A stretch of DNA of 64,000 bases, from contig CAXXWQ010000004.1 in the NCBI GenBank assembly GCA_963674945.2, positions 1 through 64,000 on the forward strand, written 5' to 3'. Both the position numbers and the translations under genes were made by a program. This stretch comes from an uncultured Desulfosarcina sp. Its GTDB lineage: Bacteria > Desulfobacterota > Desulfobacteria > Desulfobacterales > Desulfosarcinaceae. Under the pieces are notes generated by a model. The model made no database searches. It was not told the DNA's origin and was given only the letters and a program-made list of their open reading frames with translations. Position 1 is the first letter of the stretch. The number at the start of each line of letters is the position of its first letter. Positions 18,996 to 29,024 of the stretch are shown here, one piece after another.

Positions 18996-20034
18996 ACCGA
19001 CTCCAATTTATTTTCATATTAAAATATTTTCCACGCGCCGAATCGATTGTTAACCTCTTTTTACCACATTTGATAGATTATCCGCAAGTATTTGCACCTG
19101 CCGGCCCAACAACGTCGAAATGAACTATTCCAGCAGCTTCCAAGCACTCAGGCCCAACCGGATTGCCAATCCAACCGCCATTCGACAAATGGTTTTAATG
19201 AAAAGGCTTTTCTGTCAATACACGCGAATCTTTTTATATATGAAAATAAATTTCACTCCATCAATGATTGTGGCATCGTCCCTCCATCTCATTTGTCATC
19301 CGAATATCTCCTCATTCATGTCCGTAACGGATCGAAAAGCCCTCCCCTACCCCTTCAATTCGTTTTTACTCTGCGATGCAATATAACTAGTTAATTTTTT
19401 TATGATATACACTGGTGTATGCACCAGGTAAATCATTTTTGTAAAGTTTTTACTGTTTATCGTTGACTTTATAACCTTTTTATTTTATTTTTTTTGTATA
19501 ATTAGTAAAGATTCAATTTGCTTAAGTTTCCTTTTTAAGATGTTGCATAATTTGAAATTTGTGGATATGTTAAAATAAATTTCAACATATGCTCAATCAT
19601 GCAGCATATGCAACGGATGGTCCGAACACTGGAAACCAAACCGTTTTAACGCGAAGACACTTCGCCGATGGAACAATTCGTAAGTTTTTTACCAGCTAAT
19701 CTTTGTTATAGATACGATCTATCATTTCATAAAACAAAACAAACGTTTTTAGCAGTATTTGGTTGACATAAAAGATTTTTTCGATGTACATGGTTCATGT
19801 AGTTTTTTCTGGTACAGACCTTTTTTTATAGTTAGAAAATGAATCATATTTAAATTTTCTTTGAATCCCAAACAATTATTTGCTACTCACTAGGAAAGCG
19901 CCCTGCACAAAAAAAATCGTAATTAAAAAAGGTAGAGCAGTTTCATTGCAAAGAAGAAAGTGGCACTCACAATCTTGGTCAACAGCCCTGATTCCGGAAG
20001 GCGCGAAGAGTTTGAAAGAATGGTTCATTCACTT

Positions 20035-20100
20035 ACTCTCAAGTTCCACTTAAGAGAGTTATCCCCTCGATTGATCAACTCTCCTCCATCAATCGAGGGG
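20035..20100 (+). ncRNA. Candidate cis-regulatory RNA or sRNA, two-hairpin element, copy 2 (strand uncertain)
   Basis: ACTCTC-aagttccacttaa-GAGAGT-tat-CCCCTCGATTGAT-caactctcctcc-ATCAATCGAGGGG, ~245 bp upstream of DUF1302 copy 2. Confidence 0.55.
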
Positions 20101-20345
20101 ATTTTCACAATTATGGCACATAGCAACTTTATCAGGATGCGCAATATTGCGACAAACCGGAAATCACATGTAACGAGAAGACATGGAGGAAGAGAGATGG
20201 TCGCTACAATTTGATCTGAAAGCGTTGCGTTCAGGCCATGGAAATACATTTATCAAACCACCGGTAACTTTTGAAAGGGGGTATCAAAAACATATTGTAA
20301 TAGATCTCTCATCGGGAAAATCAACACACAGAAGAGGGGGAGCAG

Positions 20346-21833
20346 ATGAGGTACTTGAAAAATCAAAAATGCATTTTGTTAACAGCGGTATTGGTCTTTG
20401 GTGTGTTTTCGTTTCTTGGATCTGCAGGTGCAATGAATTGGATGCTGGGGTCTGACACGGAACTACTGGTGGACGTAGCCCTCACGTACGGGCTTGGTAT
20501 ACGGATGGCCGATCAGGACGACGAGTTGCTGGCCGATGTCAACGGCGATGACGGTGACCGGAATTTCGATCAGTACAGCATATACAACAACAAATTCACC
20601 GTGTTGGCGGACGTTGAATTATCGTATAAGAATGTTGGCGCGTTTGTGCGACCGAAGGCGTTTTATGACTTTGCCTACATGGGGGACAACGATAATGACA
20701 GCCCGGGTACTAACAATTCCCTGGCCGCCGGCCTTATCGACGAAACGAATGAATTTACCGAATACGCCAAGGATATCCACGGCAGCAATGCGGAGATCCT
20801 GGATTATTTTGTATATGGCTCCTGGTTTTTTGGTGAAGTACCGTTCGATATACGCGCGGGAAGCCAGGTCATCTCCTGGGGAGAGAGCAGCCTGATACCG
20901 GGCCTTAGTGCAGCGCAGGCCCCCGTGGATGTTTCCGCCGCGACCGCGGTGGGTACGGAGACAAAGGAAATATTCATGCCCACGGGAGCGGTGTATGTTC
21001 AGACGGGATTCAGGGATTTGGGACTGCGCGGTTATTATCAGTATGAATGGAAAGGAAACAGATTATATGAGTCCGGCTCCTACTGGGCGACGTCGGATTT
21101 TCTCAATGAAACGCCCGCCACTTTTTATACGACGATTCCCAGAATTGAGAAAAAGGACGCAAAGGACGACGGCCAGTACGGCGTCGCGGCAACGTACCTG
21201 TTGCCGTGGAATTCAACGGAAGTCGGGCTTTATTATCTCAAATATCACACGAAAAATCCCTATTTGGATGTCACGGGGTCCGGATATACGGTATTCTATC
21301 ACGAAGACATCGATCTGTATGGCTTCAGCGCCAGTACGGTGCTTGCAGACGTCCAGCTCGGCTTCGAAACCGCCTATCATGACGATTTCCTCTTCCAATC
21401 CCGCGAGCTCGGAGGGAATCAAGAAGGCGGTTTCCTGCAGACACAGCTCAATTTCACCTATCTCTTCAGCCCGAAAATCTTGATGGATAGAGTAATACTG
21501 TCCGGTGAAGCGGCATACGGCACGACGACCGAGCTCTCCCATGACGAAGACGGATGGAAGTATGTGGGCAGGATCTTTTTGGATTGGTACCAGGCATTTC
21601 CAAAAGGGGATATGGGCCTGAACTTCGCAGTTGGCGATACGCCCAAAGGCAATGGGGCCAGCGGCACGCTCGCCGCGTTCGATTTCAGGGAGGATTTCTC
21701 GGCCGCCTCCGTCCAGGTCGATTGTGAATATGATGCCGTATGGAAGGCGTCGATTACGTATGAGATACGATGGCAGGACCATAACCAGGCAGATCGCGAC
21801 TTTCTTGCCCTGAAAATATCCCGTTATTTCTAA
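20346..21833 (+). CDS. DUF1302-family outer-membrane beta-barrel protein, copy 2
   Basis: Signal peptide; DDGDRNF, QVISWGES, YYQYEW, DDGQYG, DRDF, terminal RYF; paralog of 7715-9235. Confidence 0.85.
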   Translation: MRYLKNQKCILLTAVLVFGVFSFLGSAGAMNWMLGSDTELLVDVALTYGLGIRMADQDDELLADVNGDDGDRNFDQYSIYNNKFTVLADVELSYKNVGAFVRPKAFYDFAYMGDNDNDSPGTNNSLAAGLIDETNEFTEYAKDIHGSNAEILDYFVYGSWFFGEVPFDIRAGSQVISWGESSLIPGLSAAQAPVDVSAATAVGTETKEIFMPTGAVYVQTGFRDLGLRGYYQYEWKGNRLYESGSYWATSDFLNETPATFYTTIPRIEKKDAKDDGQYGVAATYLLPWNSTEVGLYYLKYHTKNPYLDVTGSGYTVFYHEDIDLYGFSASTVLADVQLGFETAYHDDFLFQSRELGGNQEGGFLQTQLNFTYLFSPKILMDRVILSGEAAYGTTTELSHDEDGWKYVGRIFLDWYQAFPKGDMGLNFAVGDTPKGNGASGTLAAFDFREDFSAASVQVDCEYDAVWKASITYEIRWQDHNQADRDFLALKISRYF

Positions 21834-21883
21834 GACAGAGATGAACATATTCATTTGATATCAAACTTGAGGAGGAGTACTTC

Positions 21884-23260
21884 ATGAACCATACCATAGG
21901 CAAAACCATATTTTCCGTGATGCTGGCGATCCTGTTGATGTGTACCGCAACGCCTGCCCTGGCGAAGGTGACTGCCGAAGAGGCCGCGAAACTGAAAACG
22001 GAGCTAAATCCCATGGGAGGCGTGCGGGCCGGAAACGCGGAGGGGACCATACCGGAATGGACCGGCGGACTTGCCAAAGTTCCCGAAGGCATCGATTTTG
22101 TCCCCAAGTCCGGATTGCCCCAGCCGGATCCCTATGCCGATGACAAGATCCTGTTTACCATTACGGCACAAAATGTCGATCAGTATAAAGACAAACTGTC
22201 TCCGGCGCAGGTGAGAATGTTCAAAACCAACCCTGGCTGGAAGATGAACATCTATCCCACCAGAAGGTCTGCCGCATTTTCCAAAGAAATCTATGAGGGG
22301 ACATATGATAATGCCATGCATGCAGAGGCGATTGATGAGTATGGCAGTGCAATCAACTTCGGTCAGGGGTATCCGTTTCCGATTCCCAAAACCGGCATCG
22401 AGGCCATGCTGAATTATCTTTACATGCCCCATGGCGCAAGAAATATCATCGTTTCCTTCGGTGGCGGGGTTATGTCGGGAGATGCCATATCTACGGCCAA
22501 TGAAGCAACGAATTATTATTTATTTGCGGCGGAAGGCAAGAAAAGAGGAGAATTCGATCCAAATGACTATATCTTTGGAAAAATCGTTGAAATGACCACG
22601 GCCGGCCGCCAGGGCGAAATTTATTTGATGATGGACCCGGGAAGCTTTGAAAAGAATGACGCGCTCGGCTGGTCCTATATACCAGGGACACGAAGGGTGC
22701 GCCGGAACCCCAACTTTTTTTACGACGGCGTCGATTCCACCGGTGGCGGTATCTCGGTCAGTGACGACCAGTTTATGTGGAAGGGCAAGCTCGACCGGTT
22801 TGATTGGAAATTGAACGGGAAGAAAGAGATGTACGTGCCGTACAATACATACATGATCGACCGGCTTCCCGACTTTCATCCGATACTGCAACCCGGTTTT
22901 CCCAAACCGGAATATTTCCGTTGGGAACTCCACCGGGTATGGGAAGTCGAAGCGACCCTCAAGGAAGGTGCCCGTCACATATACTCCAAACGGTTTTTTT
23001 GGTTGGATGAGGACTCATGGAATATCTGCGTCAAGGACCAGTACGATAAGCGGGGGAACTTGTGGCGATGGCAATTTTCAAATTCGAAACAATATTATGA
23101 CCTTCCTGCATATCGTCAGACCCAGTACGCATGTTTTGATTTCCAGGTGCCCATCTGGGTTATACAGAAGTTTGTCAACGGGTTTCCACCCGAAAGCTAC
23201 CCCGACCTTCCGGATGCCTTCTTCACAATTCAAAATTTGCGAAAAATGGGCAGGAGATAA
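21884..23260 (+). CDS. DUF1329-family periplasmic protein, copy 2
   Basis: RAGNAEGTIPEWTGG, YPTRRSA, YIPGTRRVRR, DRFDWKLNGKKE, RWELHRV, DEDSW. Confidence 0.9.
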   Translation: MNHTIGKTIFSVMLAILLMCTATPALAKVTAEEAAKLKTELNPMGGVRAGNAEGTIPEWTGGLAKVPEGIDFVPKSGLPQPDPYADDKILFTITAQNVDQYKDKLSPAQVRMFKTNPGWKMNIYPTRRSAAFSKEIYEGTYDNAMHAEAIDEYGSAINFGQGYPFPIPKTGIEAMLNYLYMPHGARNIIVSFGGGVMSGDAISTANEATNYYLFAAEGKKRGEFDPNDYIFGKIVEMTTAGRQGEIYLMMDPGSFEKNDALGWSYIPGTRRVRRNPNFFYDGVDSTGGGISVSDDQFMWKGKLDRFDWKLNGKKEMYVPYNTYMIDRLPDFHPILQPGFPKPEYFRWELHRVWEVEATLKEGARHIYSKRFFWLDEDSWNICVKDQYDKRGNLWRWQFSNSKQYYDLPAYRQTQYACFDFQVPIWVIQKFVNGFPPESYPDLPDAFFTIQNLRKMGRR

Positions 23261-23302
23261 ATGCAGACGGTCGTAGGGTAAAAGAAATGATGTGAGACGC
23301 CA

Positions 23303-23345
23303 GGAAAATGAGAGGGTCGGTATATCGCCGGCCTTCTCATTTTCC
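23303..23345 (+). terminator. Internal hairpin between DUF1329 and YCF48 genes, copy 2
   Basis: GGAAAATGAGAGGGTCGG pairs with CCGGCCTTCTCATTTTCC (with G-U pairs); homologous to 10688-10727. Confidence 0.6.
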
Positions 23346-23431
23346 GAAGCCACTTGTACTTTTCCCAATAGGGAAGTCGCACATAAAATTGCCATGGCAA
23401 AATTTTTTTCTTACGAAACAATAAAGGTGAA

Positions 23432-24613
23432 ATGGAAGATATGGAGAATCGATTCGGCAAGCACAAGAAATACAAAAGAAAATACCTGTTGGCAATCGGT
23501 TTCGTTTTGCTTTTGCTGTGTTCTGCAATACCGACATTTGGCGAGACCGTAGACCTGTTGGAGATACCGTCGAAAAAAGCGGACTGGGCGCCGCATTCAA
23601 TGCTCATGGACATCGCGAAGGTGGATAACCGCATCGTTGTGGTGGGTGAGCGGGGGTTTATCCTCTATTCGGATGACGAATGCAGCGGCTGGATCCAGGC
23701 GGAAGTGCCGGCGAGCGTTACCCTTCTATCGGTTCGTTTTCCGACCTACGATAAAGGATGGGCCATCGGACACGACGGCGTGGTGCTTCATACCGAAGAC
23801 GGCGGATCCACCTGGAAAAAGCAGTTGGACGGTACGCAGATTGGCGAAATGGTGGCGGACCAGGTGAAACAGATGGCTGAAGCCAAACACGATCTTCTCG
23901 CAGACCCGGAGGCCGGGCTGACCGAAGAAGAGAGGGAGAAGCTGGAATTCGAGGCGGAAGATCTGGATATGTTTCTCAGCGACGCGGAGTTTTTCAAGGA
24001 ACAAGGCCCCATCCAGCCGTTGATGGATATGTGGTTTAAAAATGAGATGGAAGGCATCGTTGTGGGTGGGTTTGGCACCATCCTTTCGACAAAAGATGGT
24101 GGCGCGACATGGCAGCCCATTTTGGACCGCATCGATAATCTGGGAAAAAGTCTGCACGCCATCACCCGCTGCGGCGACGACCTGTTCATTGCCGGAGAGA
24201 CCGGCAGATTGTTCCGGTCAGAGGATTTCGGACAAAGCTGGCAGCGCCTGGAGTCTCCCTACGTCGGGAGTTTCTTCGGCATTCTCGGAGATCCGGCGGG
24301 CGGTTTTATCACGGCCTTCGGATTGAAGGGGAATATCTATACCTCTTTGGACCGGGGAGAAACCTGGCAACGGTCGAACACCGGCCGGGAGGTATCTCTT
24401 TACGGAGGCGCCTTCCTGTCGGATGGATCTTTTTGCCTCGTGGGCGGTGACGGTGCCATTTTGAGATCCAATGACCGGGGAAAAACATTCACAGCCCTTC
24501 CAGTACGTTACCGCGGGCCAGCCGCGTCCTTGGCCGAGGTCCGAAAGGACGTGTTGACGGTGGTGGGGCTCGCAGGGGTTTCCCGGATAGAAATCAACAA
24601 TCCAAGCAACTAG
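23432..24613 (+). CDS. YCF48-like BNR-repeat protein, copy 2
   Basis: VGERGFIL, GWAIGHDGVVLHTEDGGSTW, repeated Asp boxes. Confidence 0.88.
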   Translation: MEDMENRFGKHKKYKRKYLLAIGFVLLLLCSAIPTFGETVDLLEIPSKKADWAPHSMLMDIAKVDNRIVVVGERGFILYSDDECSGWIQAEVPASVTLLSVRFPTYDKGWAIGHDGVVLHTEDGGSTWKKQLDGTQIGEMVADQVKQMAEAKHDLLADPEAGLTEEEREKLEFEAEDLDMFLSDAEFFKEQGPIQPLMDMWFKNEMEGIVVGGFGTILSTKDGGATWQPILDRIDNLGKSLHAITRCGDDLFIAGETGRLFRSEDFGQSWQRLESPYVGSFFGILGDPAGGFITAFGLKGNIYTSLDRGETWQRSNTGREVSLYGGAFLSDGSFCLVGGDGAILRSNDRGKTFTALPVRYRGPAASLAEVRKDVLTVVGLAGVSRIEINNPSN

Positions 24614-24630
24614 AATAGAGGAAAATCAAG

Positions 24631-26982
24631 ATGGCCCAGAAGAACGTTTCAACTGAAAGTGAAAGCTCATATGTAGATGGCGCGCCGTTTATGGAAAGGA
24701 TGCTCTTCTCCAAACGCCCCCTCATTATAGCGATATTTATACTCTTAACCATTTTTTTCGGCTATCACATGCTCCAGATGAAGCCCGAGGCCAGCTTCCT
24801 GGAAATGATTCCCACGTATCATCCGTACATTAAAAATTATATCAAATACAAGGATGATCTCAAGGAATTGGGCAACGTTTTGCGCATCAGCGTGGAAACC
24901 ACGAAGGGAACCATTATTAGCAAAGAATACCTGGAGACGCTTCAAAAAATTTCCGATGACGTCTTTTTTACTCCCGGTGTCAACCGGGGGGCGATGAAGT
25001 CCATGTGGACATCGAATTTTCGATATATCGAGGTTACCGAGGAAGGATACAAAGGGGATGTCGTCATCCCCGTCGATTTTTCCGGCACGCCGGAAGACCT
25101 GGAACGGGTAAGGCTGAATATCCTCAAATCCGGTGAGGTGGGCAGTAATGTGGCAAACGATTTCAAGTCCTCTATCATTTTGGCGCCCCTTTACGATCTT
25201 GATCCGGAAACGCGGGAACCCCTTGACTATCACAAGCTTACGTTACGGATGGAGGAGATTCGAAACAAGTACCAGAATGACGACATTAAAATCCACATCA
25301 CCGGATTTGCCAAAATTGTCGGGGACCTCATCGAAGGTTCCACCCGGGTTCTGCTGTTTTTTTTCATCGCTTTCGTGATTCTGCTGCTGATCCTGTGGTT
25401 CAATTCGCGGTGCCCGAAAAGTACGGCCATGCGGGCGATCTCCTCCTTGACGGCGGTGGTCTGGCAGTTGGGGATCATGAGACTCTTCGGGTTGGGGTTA
25501 AATCCCTATTCCATGCTGGTACCGTTTCTCATGTTTGCCCTGGGTGTCAGCCACGGCATCCAGATGTTCAACGCCATGGCCCTGGAGATGATGAACGGGG
25601 CGGATAAATTGAAAGCGGCCCGCCTGGCCTATCGCTCTGTCTACATACCGGGATTGGCCGCGCTGTTCACCGACATGATCGGGTTTGCCACCTTGATGGT
25701 GATTCAGATCGGCGTGATCCAGGACATCGCCGTCGGGGCCAGCATCGGTGTGGCCGTGGTGGCCTTCACCGACCTGATGTTTTTGCCCCTGTTGATGTCG
25801 TATTCCGGAATCAGTAACAAAACCATCGAATTGGTGAGAAAGCGTGCGGAAGGGACGAAACATCCCGGATGGTCCTTGCTGAGCAGATTCACCGAGCCGA
25901 AATGGGCATACGGTGCTGTTCTGGTGGCCGCCATCGGTCTTGCGGCCGGCCTTTACCTGCGCCAGGATTTGAAAACCGGTGATCTGGACCCCGGCGCCCC
26001 TGAATTACGGCCGGATTCCCGCTACAACCTGGACAACGCTTACATGAACGAACATTATTCGGCCAGCAGTGACGTATTCGTGGTGATGTTGGAAACCCCG
26101 AAAGGCGGCGCCGTAAAATATCCGGTGGTGGTGCTCACCGATATGCTGGACGCGAAGCTGACCCATGATGTTGAAGGCGTACAGAACGTTGTCAGCCATC
26201 CGGACTATATCAAGGGGCTCAATGCCGGTTTCATGGAAGGGTTCATCAAATGGCTGGCCATACCCCGAAGCCAGGTGCAACTGAACTATTTACCGACGTA
26301 TATCAATGAATCCATCATTAAACGGGAGGGTGCGTTTACGATCCTCCTGGTCTATCTGGATGACCACAAGGCGGAAACCCTGGAGCGGGTCGTGGCGGCC
26401 GTCGATGAATTTGCAAAGGAGCACAATACGGATACCATGAAGTTTCTGATGGCCGCCGGCAACGCGGGTATCGAGGCGGCCACCAACGTCGAGGTGGAAA
26501 GGGCGCTTTTAAAATTGACCCTGCTGGTATATGCGGTCGTTTTTTTCGTTTGCCTGGTCACCTACCGAAACTTCAAGGCAGCCGTATGCGTCGTCACGCC
26601 CCTGGTACTCACCTCCGTGCTGTGCGAGGCCCTGATGGCAAAAATGGGCATCGGTATCAAGGTGGCAACATTGCCCGTCATTGCCGTGGGAGTCGGCATT
26701 GGGGTGGACTACGGCATTTATATCTACAACAAGCTCGTCTATTACCGGGAAGAGCTGGGCCATAAGTTGACGTCTGCATATTACCGGACCCTGAACACAA
26801 CCGGAAGAGCGGTCTCTTTTACCGGCATTACCCTGTCCATCGGCGTTGCCACATGGGCCTTTTCACCCATCAAATTCCAGGCGGACATGGGATTTTTGTT
26901 AACCTTCATGTTCCTGTGGAACATGATCGGCGCCATGGTGCTGCTGCCTGCCATCGCAAGAATTTTATGGAAGCAAAAATAG
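24631..26982 (+). CDS. MMPL/RND-family transporter, copy 2
   Basis: 783 aa, same length as and closely similar to copy 1; ALGVSHGIQ and GIGVDYGIY. Confidence 0.92.
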   Translation: MAQKNVSTESESSYVDGAPFMERMLFSKRPLIIAIFILLTIFFGYHMLQMKPEASFLEMIPTYHPYIKNYIKYKDDLKELGNVLRISVETTKGTIISKEYLETLQKISDDVFFTPGVNRGAMKSMWTSNFRYIEVTEEGYKGDVVIPVDFSGTPEDLERVRLNILKSGEVGSNVANDFKSSIILAPLYDLDPETREPLDYHKLTLRMEEIRNKYQNDDIKIHITGFAKIVGDLIEGSTRVLLFFFIAFVILLLILWFNSRCPKSTAMRAISSLTAVVWQLGIMRLFGLGLNPYSMLVPFLMFALGVSHGIQMFNAMALEMMNGADKLKAARLAYRSVYIPGLAALFTDMIGFATLMVIQIGVIQDIAVGASIGVAVVAFTDLMFLPLLMSYSGISNKTIELVRKRAEGTKHPGWSLLSRFTEPKWAYGAVLVAAIGLAAGLYLRQDLKTGDLDPGAPELRPDSRYNLDNAYMNEHYSASSDVFVVMLETPKGGAVKYPVVVLTDMLDAKLTHDVEGVQNVVSHPDYIKGLNAGFMEGFIKWLAIPRSQVQLNYLPTYINESIIKREGAFTILLVYLDDHKAETLERVVAAVDEFAKEHNTDTMKFLMAAGNAGIEAATNVEVERALLKLTLLVYAVVFFVCLVTYRNFKAAVCVVTPLVLTSVLCEALMAKMGIGIKVATLPVIAVGVGIGVDYGIYIYNKLVYYREELGHKLTSAYYRTLNTTGRAVSFTGITLSIGVATWAFSPIKFQADMGFLLTFMFLWNMIGAMVLLPAIARILWKQK

Positions 26983-27006
26983 TGATTGAGCCTAAGGAGG
27001 ACTGGC

Positions 27007-27498
27007 ATGTTGGAATTCAAAAAGATCTTATTCCCTACTGATCTTACCGAAATCGGCACCACAATTATTCCTCATCTGAAAACAATCGTGGAAAAATTCG
27101 GAGCCGAAGTCCGGCTGATGTACGTTGCCAAGGTGAATGAGTATCATGTGGAGGGTGAGGCAGCAGGGGAAAGCATCAAGAAGAAGGTTGAAGAATTCAA
27201 GAACGAACATTTCAAAAATATTTCCGATATTCAGGTTGCCGTCGCGGACGGAGATCCTGCGGATGAAATTTTAAGCTATGCCGAAACCGAGGGTATGGAT
27301 TTTATAATGATTCCCACACGGGGGCGGTCAGCGTTGGATAAGGCCCTTTTCGGATCCGTGGCAGCCAAGATCGCAAGAGTCGCACCCGTTCCGGTGCTTT
27401 TGGTCAATCCCTTTAATGACAAATTTATCCGTCCTGAAATGCGTGATTTTTGTCTTGAGAGCGATGAGAAAAAATGCCGGGACTTCGATAAGAAGTAA
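27007..27498 (+). CDS. Universal stress protein, copy 2
   Basis: RBS AAGGAGG before ATG 27007; KKILFPTD..GDPADEI..LFGSVA; near-identical C-terminal tail to copy 1. Confidence 0.88.
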   Translation: MLEFKKILFPTDLTEIGTTIIPHLKTIVEKFGAEVRLMYVAKVNEYHVEGEAAGESIKKKVEEFKNEHFKNISDIQVAVADGDPADEILSYAETEGMDFIMIPTRGRSALDKALFGSVAAKIARVAPVPVLLVNPFNDKFIRPEMRDFCLESDEKKCRDFDKK

Positions 27499-27550
27499 TA
27501 CCGCAAATAGAATCCAGTAGTCGGATCATCTCTTCGCGTATCGTTTGATG

Positions 27551-27640
27551 AGCATGGGTTCTTCCTTTACGTGTCTTTGGTTCGGTAAGATTTTGAAAAC
27601 AAAGCCACAATTACGTGGAAGAACTCATGCTTTCTTGTTT
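27551..27640 (+). other. Long (~80-nt) imperfect hairpin followed by T-rich tract
   Basis: AGCATGGGTTCTTCC/GGAAGAACTCATGCT outer stem and GTGTCTTTGGTT/AAACAAAGCCAC inner stem. Confidence 0.55.
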
Positions 27641-27726
27641 ACAAGGCCATCTGGCTTCATTCATTAGTGCGACGATCCGAAAACAAAAAATCATTGTTGA
27701 ACAATTGGCGAATAGATGGAGTATTC

Positions 27727-28521
27727 ATGGAAACGATAGAAGAGATGTTCGATCTTAAGGGAAAAGTTGCAGTCGTGACCGGGGGAAGTCGTGGAATCGG
27801 GGAGAGGATCTCCTTGCGATTGGCAGAGGCGGGAGCTGCGGTTATGATTGTCGATAAACAGGCCGCTGACGATACCGTAAATCAGATCAGGAACAATGGT
27901 GGCACGGCACATGCCAGGCTTACCGACCTGAGCCGCTGTGTTGAGATCGAAGAGGCAATTGAAGCTACCATTGCAGTCTTGGGCGATATCCATATTCTCG
28001 TCAACAATGCCGGAATATGGCCAATGACGCCGTTTCTCGAACTGACGGAAGAAACCTGGGACATAACACAGACTGTGAATCTAAAAGCATCCGCTTTCTG
28101 CTCTCAGGCTGCCGCCAAAGCGATGATCAAAGCTGGGCACGGTGGCACGATTATCAACATCGGGTCCGAATCCGCCATCCGACCACCGTTGGGCAAACTT
28201 GCCCACTATGTGGCTGCCAAAGGCGGACTTGTATCACTGACCAAAGCCATCGCCAGGGAACTACTACCCCACGGCATCAGGGTCAATATGGTCTCTCCAG
28301 CCTCAATCATCAACGTAGACGTTTCAAAGCTCACACCGGATCAACGCAAACGAATGGAACACCGCACCCGAAACCTCCCTCTGGGCCGACTGGGAACGCC
28401 TGATGATATTGCCAGGGTTGTATTATTCATGGCCAGCAGCGCTTCAGATTATATCATAGGCCACAACATCATCGCCGATGGCGGCGTCCTCTGGCTTGCC
28501 AAACTGGAAGCAGAATCGTGA
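27727..28521 (+). CDS. Short-chain dehydrogenase/reductase (SDR)
   Basis: TGGSRGIG, ILVNNAG, YVAAK; RBS GGAG before ATG 27727. Confidence 0.93.
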   Translation: METIEEMFDLKGKVAVVTGGSRGIGERISLRLAEAGAAVMIVDKQAADDTVNQIRNNGGTAHARLTDLSRCVEIEEAIEATIAVLGDIHILVNNAGIWPMTPFLELTEETWDITQTVNLKASAFCSQAAAKAMIKAGHGGTIINIGSESAIRPPLGKLAHYVAAKGGLVSLTKAIARELLPHGIRVNMVSPASIINVDVSKLTPDQRKRMEHRTRNLPLGRLGTPDDIARVVLFMASSASDYIIGHNIIADGGVLWLAKLEAES

Positions 28522-28680
28522 TGATACACCGCCCCATCAATACCGGCAGGTGAGAACAATGGCGAGTATGCAGGATTCGGAAACCAGGCTGACGGCAAGA
28601 GGATCTCACTGGTCGCATTTACGCTAATTTCCGAGACACCTCGAAAATATAATCGTATATGGACATCAGGAGGTGTTCCA

Positions 28681-29024
28681 TTGTCAAGGATAATAAGAAA
28701 AAGCTACAGCCGGGAGTTTAAAAAGGAAACCGTCGCGATGATTATCGAAAAAGGGTACAGCATCGCCGAAGCGTCCCGAAACCTTGGTATCGAATACAGC
28801 GTTCTGCGGCGCTGGAAAATACAGCTGGATGAAGATCCGCAAAACGCCTTTCCCGGAAGAGGCAGACGCCGCCCTGCCGAGGAGAAGTTTCGCAAACTCC
28901 AAAAGGAACTGGATCGGGTAAAAGAGGAGCGTGACATCTTAAAAAAAGCGCTGACCTACCTGGCAAAGGATCGGAAATAAAATTTAAATTCGTTGCTGCC
29001 CCCAGGGAACGATTCAATTCGTGA
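28681..29024 (+). mobile_element. IS3-family remnant: intact orfA, orfB truncated after ~15 codons
   Basis: orfA YSREFKKE..LGI..LRRW..EERDILKKA; A7G slippery site at 28941-28948; the -1 frame reads KFKFVAAPRERF then stops; no integrase domain. Confidence 0.8.

Noticed and set aside
19150..19200. Possible c-di-GMP-I riboswitch (AAACCATT..GAATGG on the minus strand)
   Set aside because: Lacks the GAAA tetraloop and the GACGCAAA core.
19961..19980. TGGCAC as a sigma-54 -24 box (also near 20114 and 60152)
   Set aside because: No correctly spaced TTGC -12 element.
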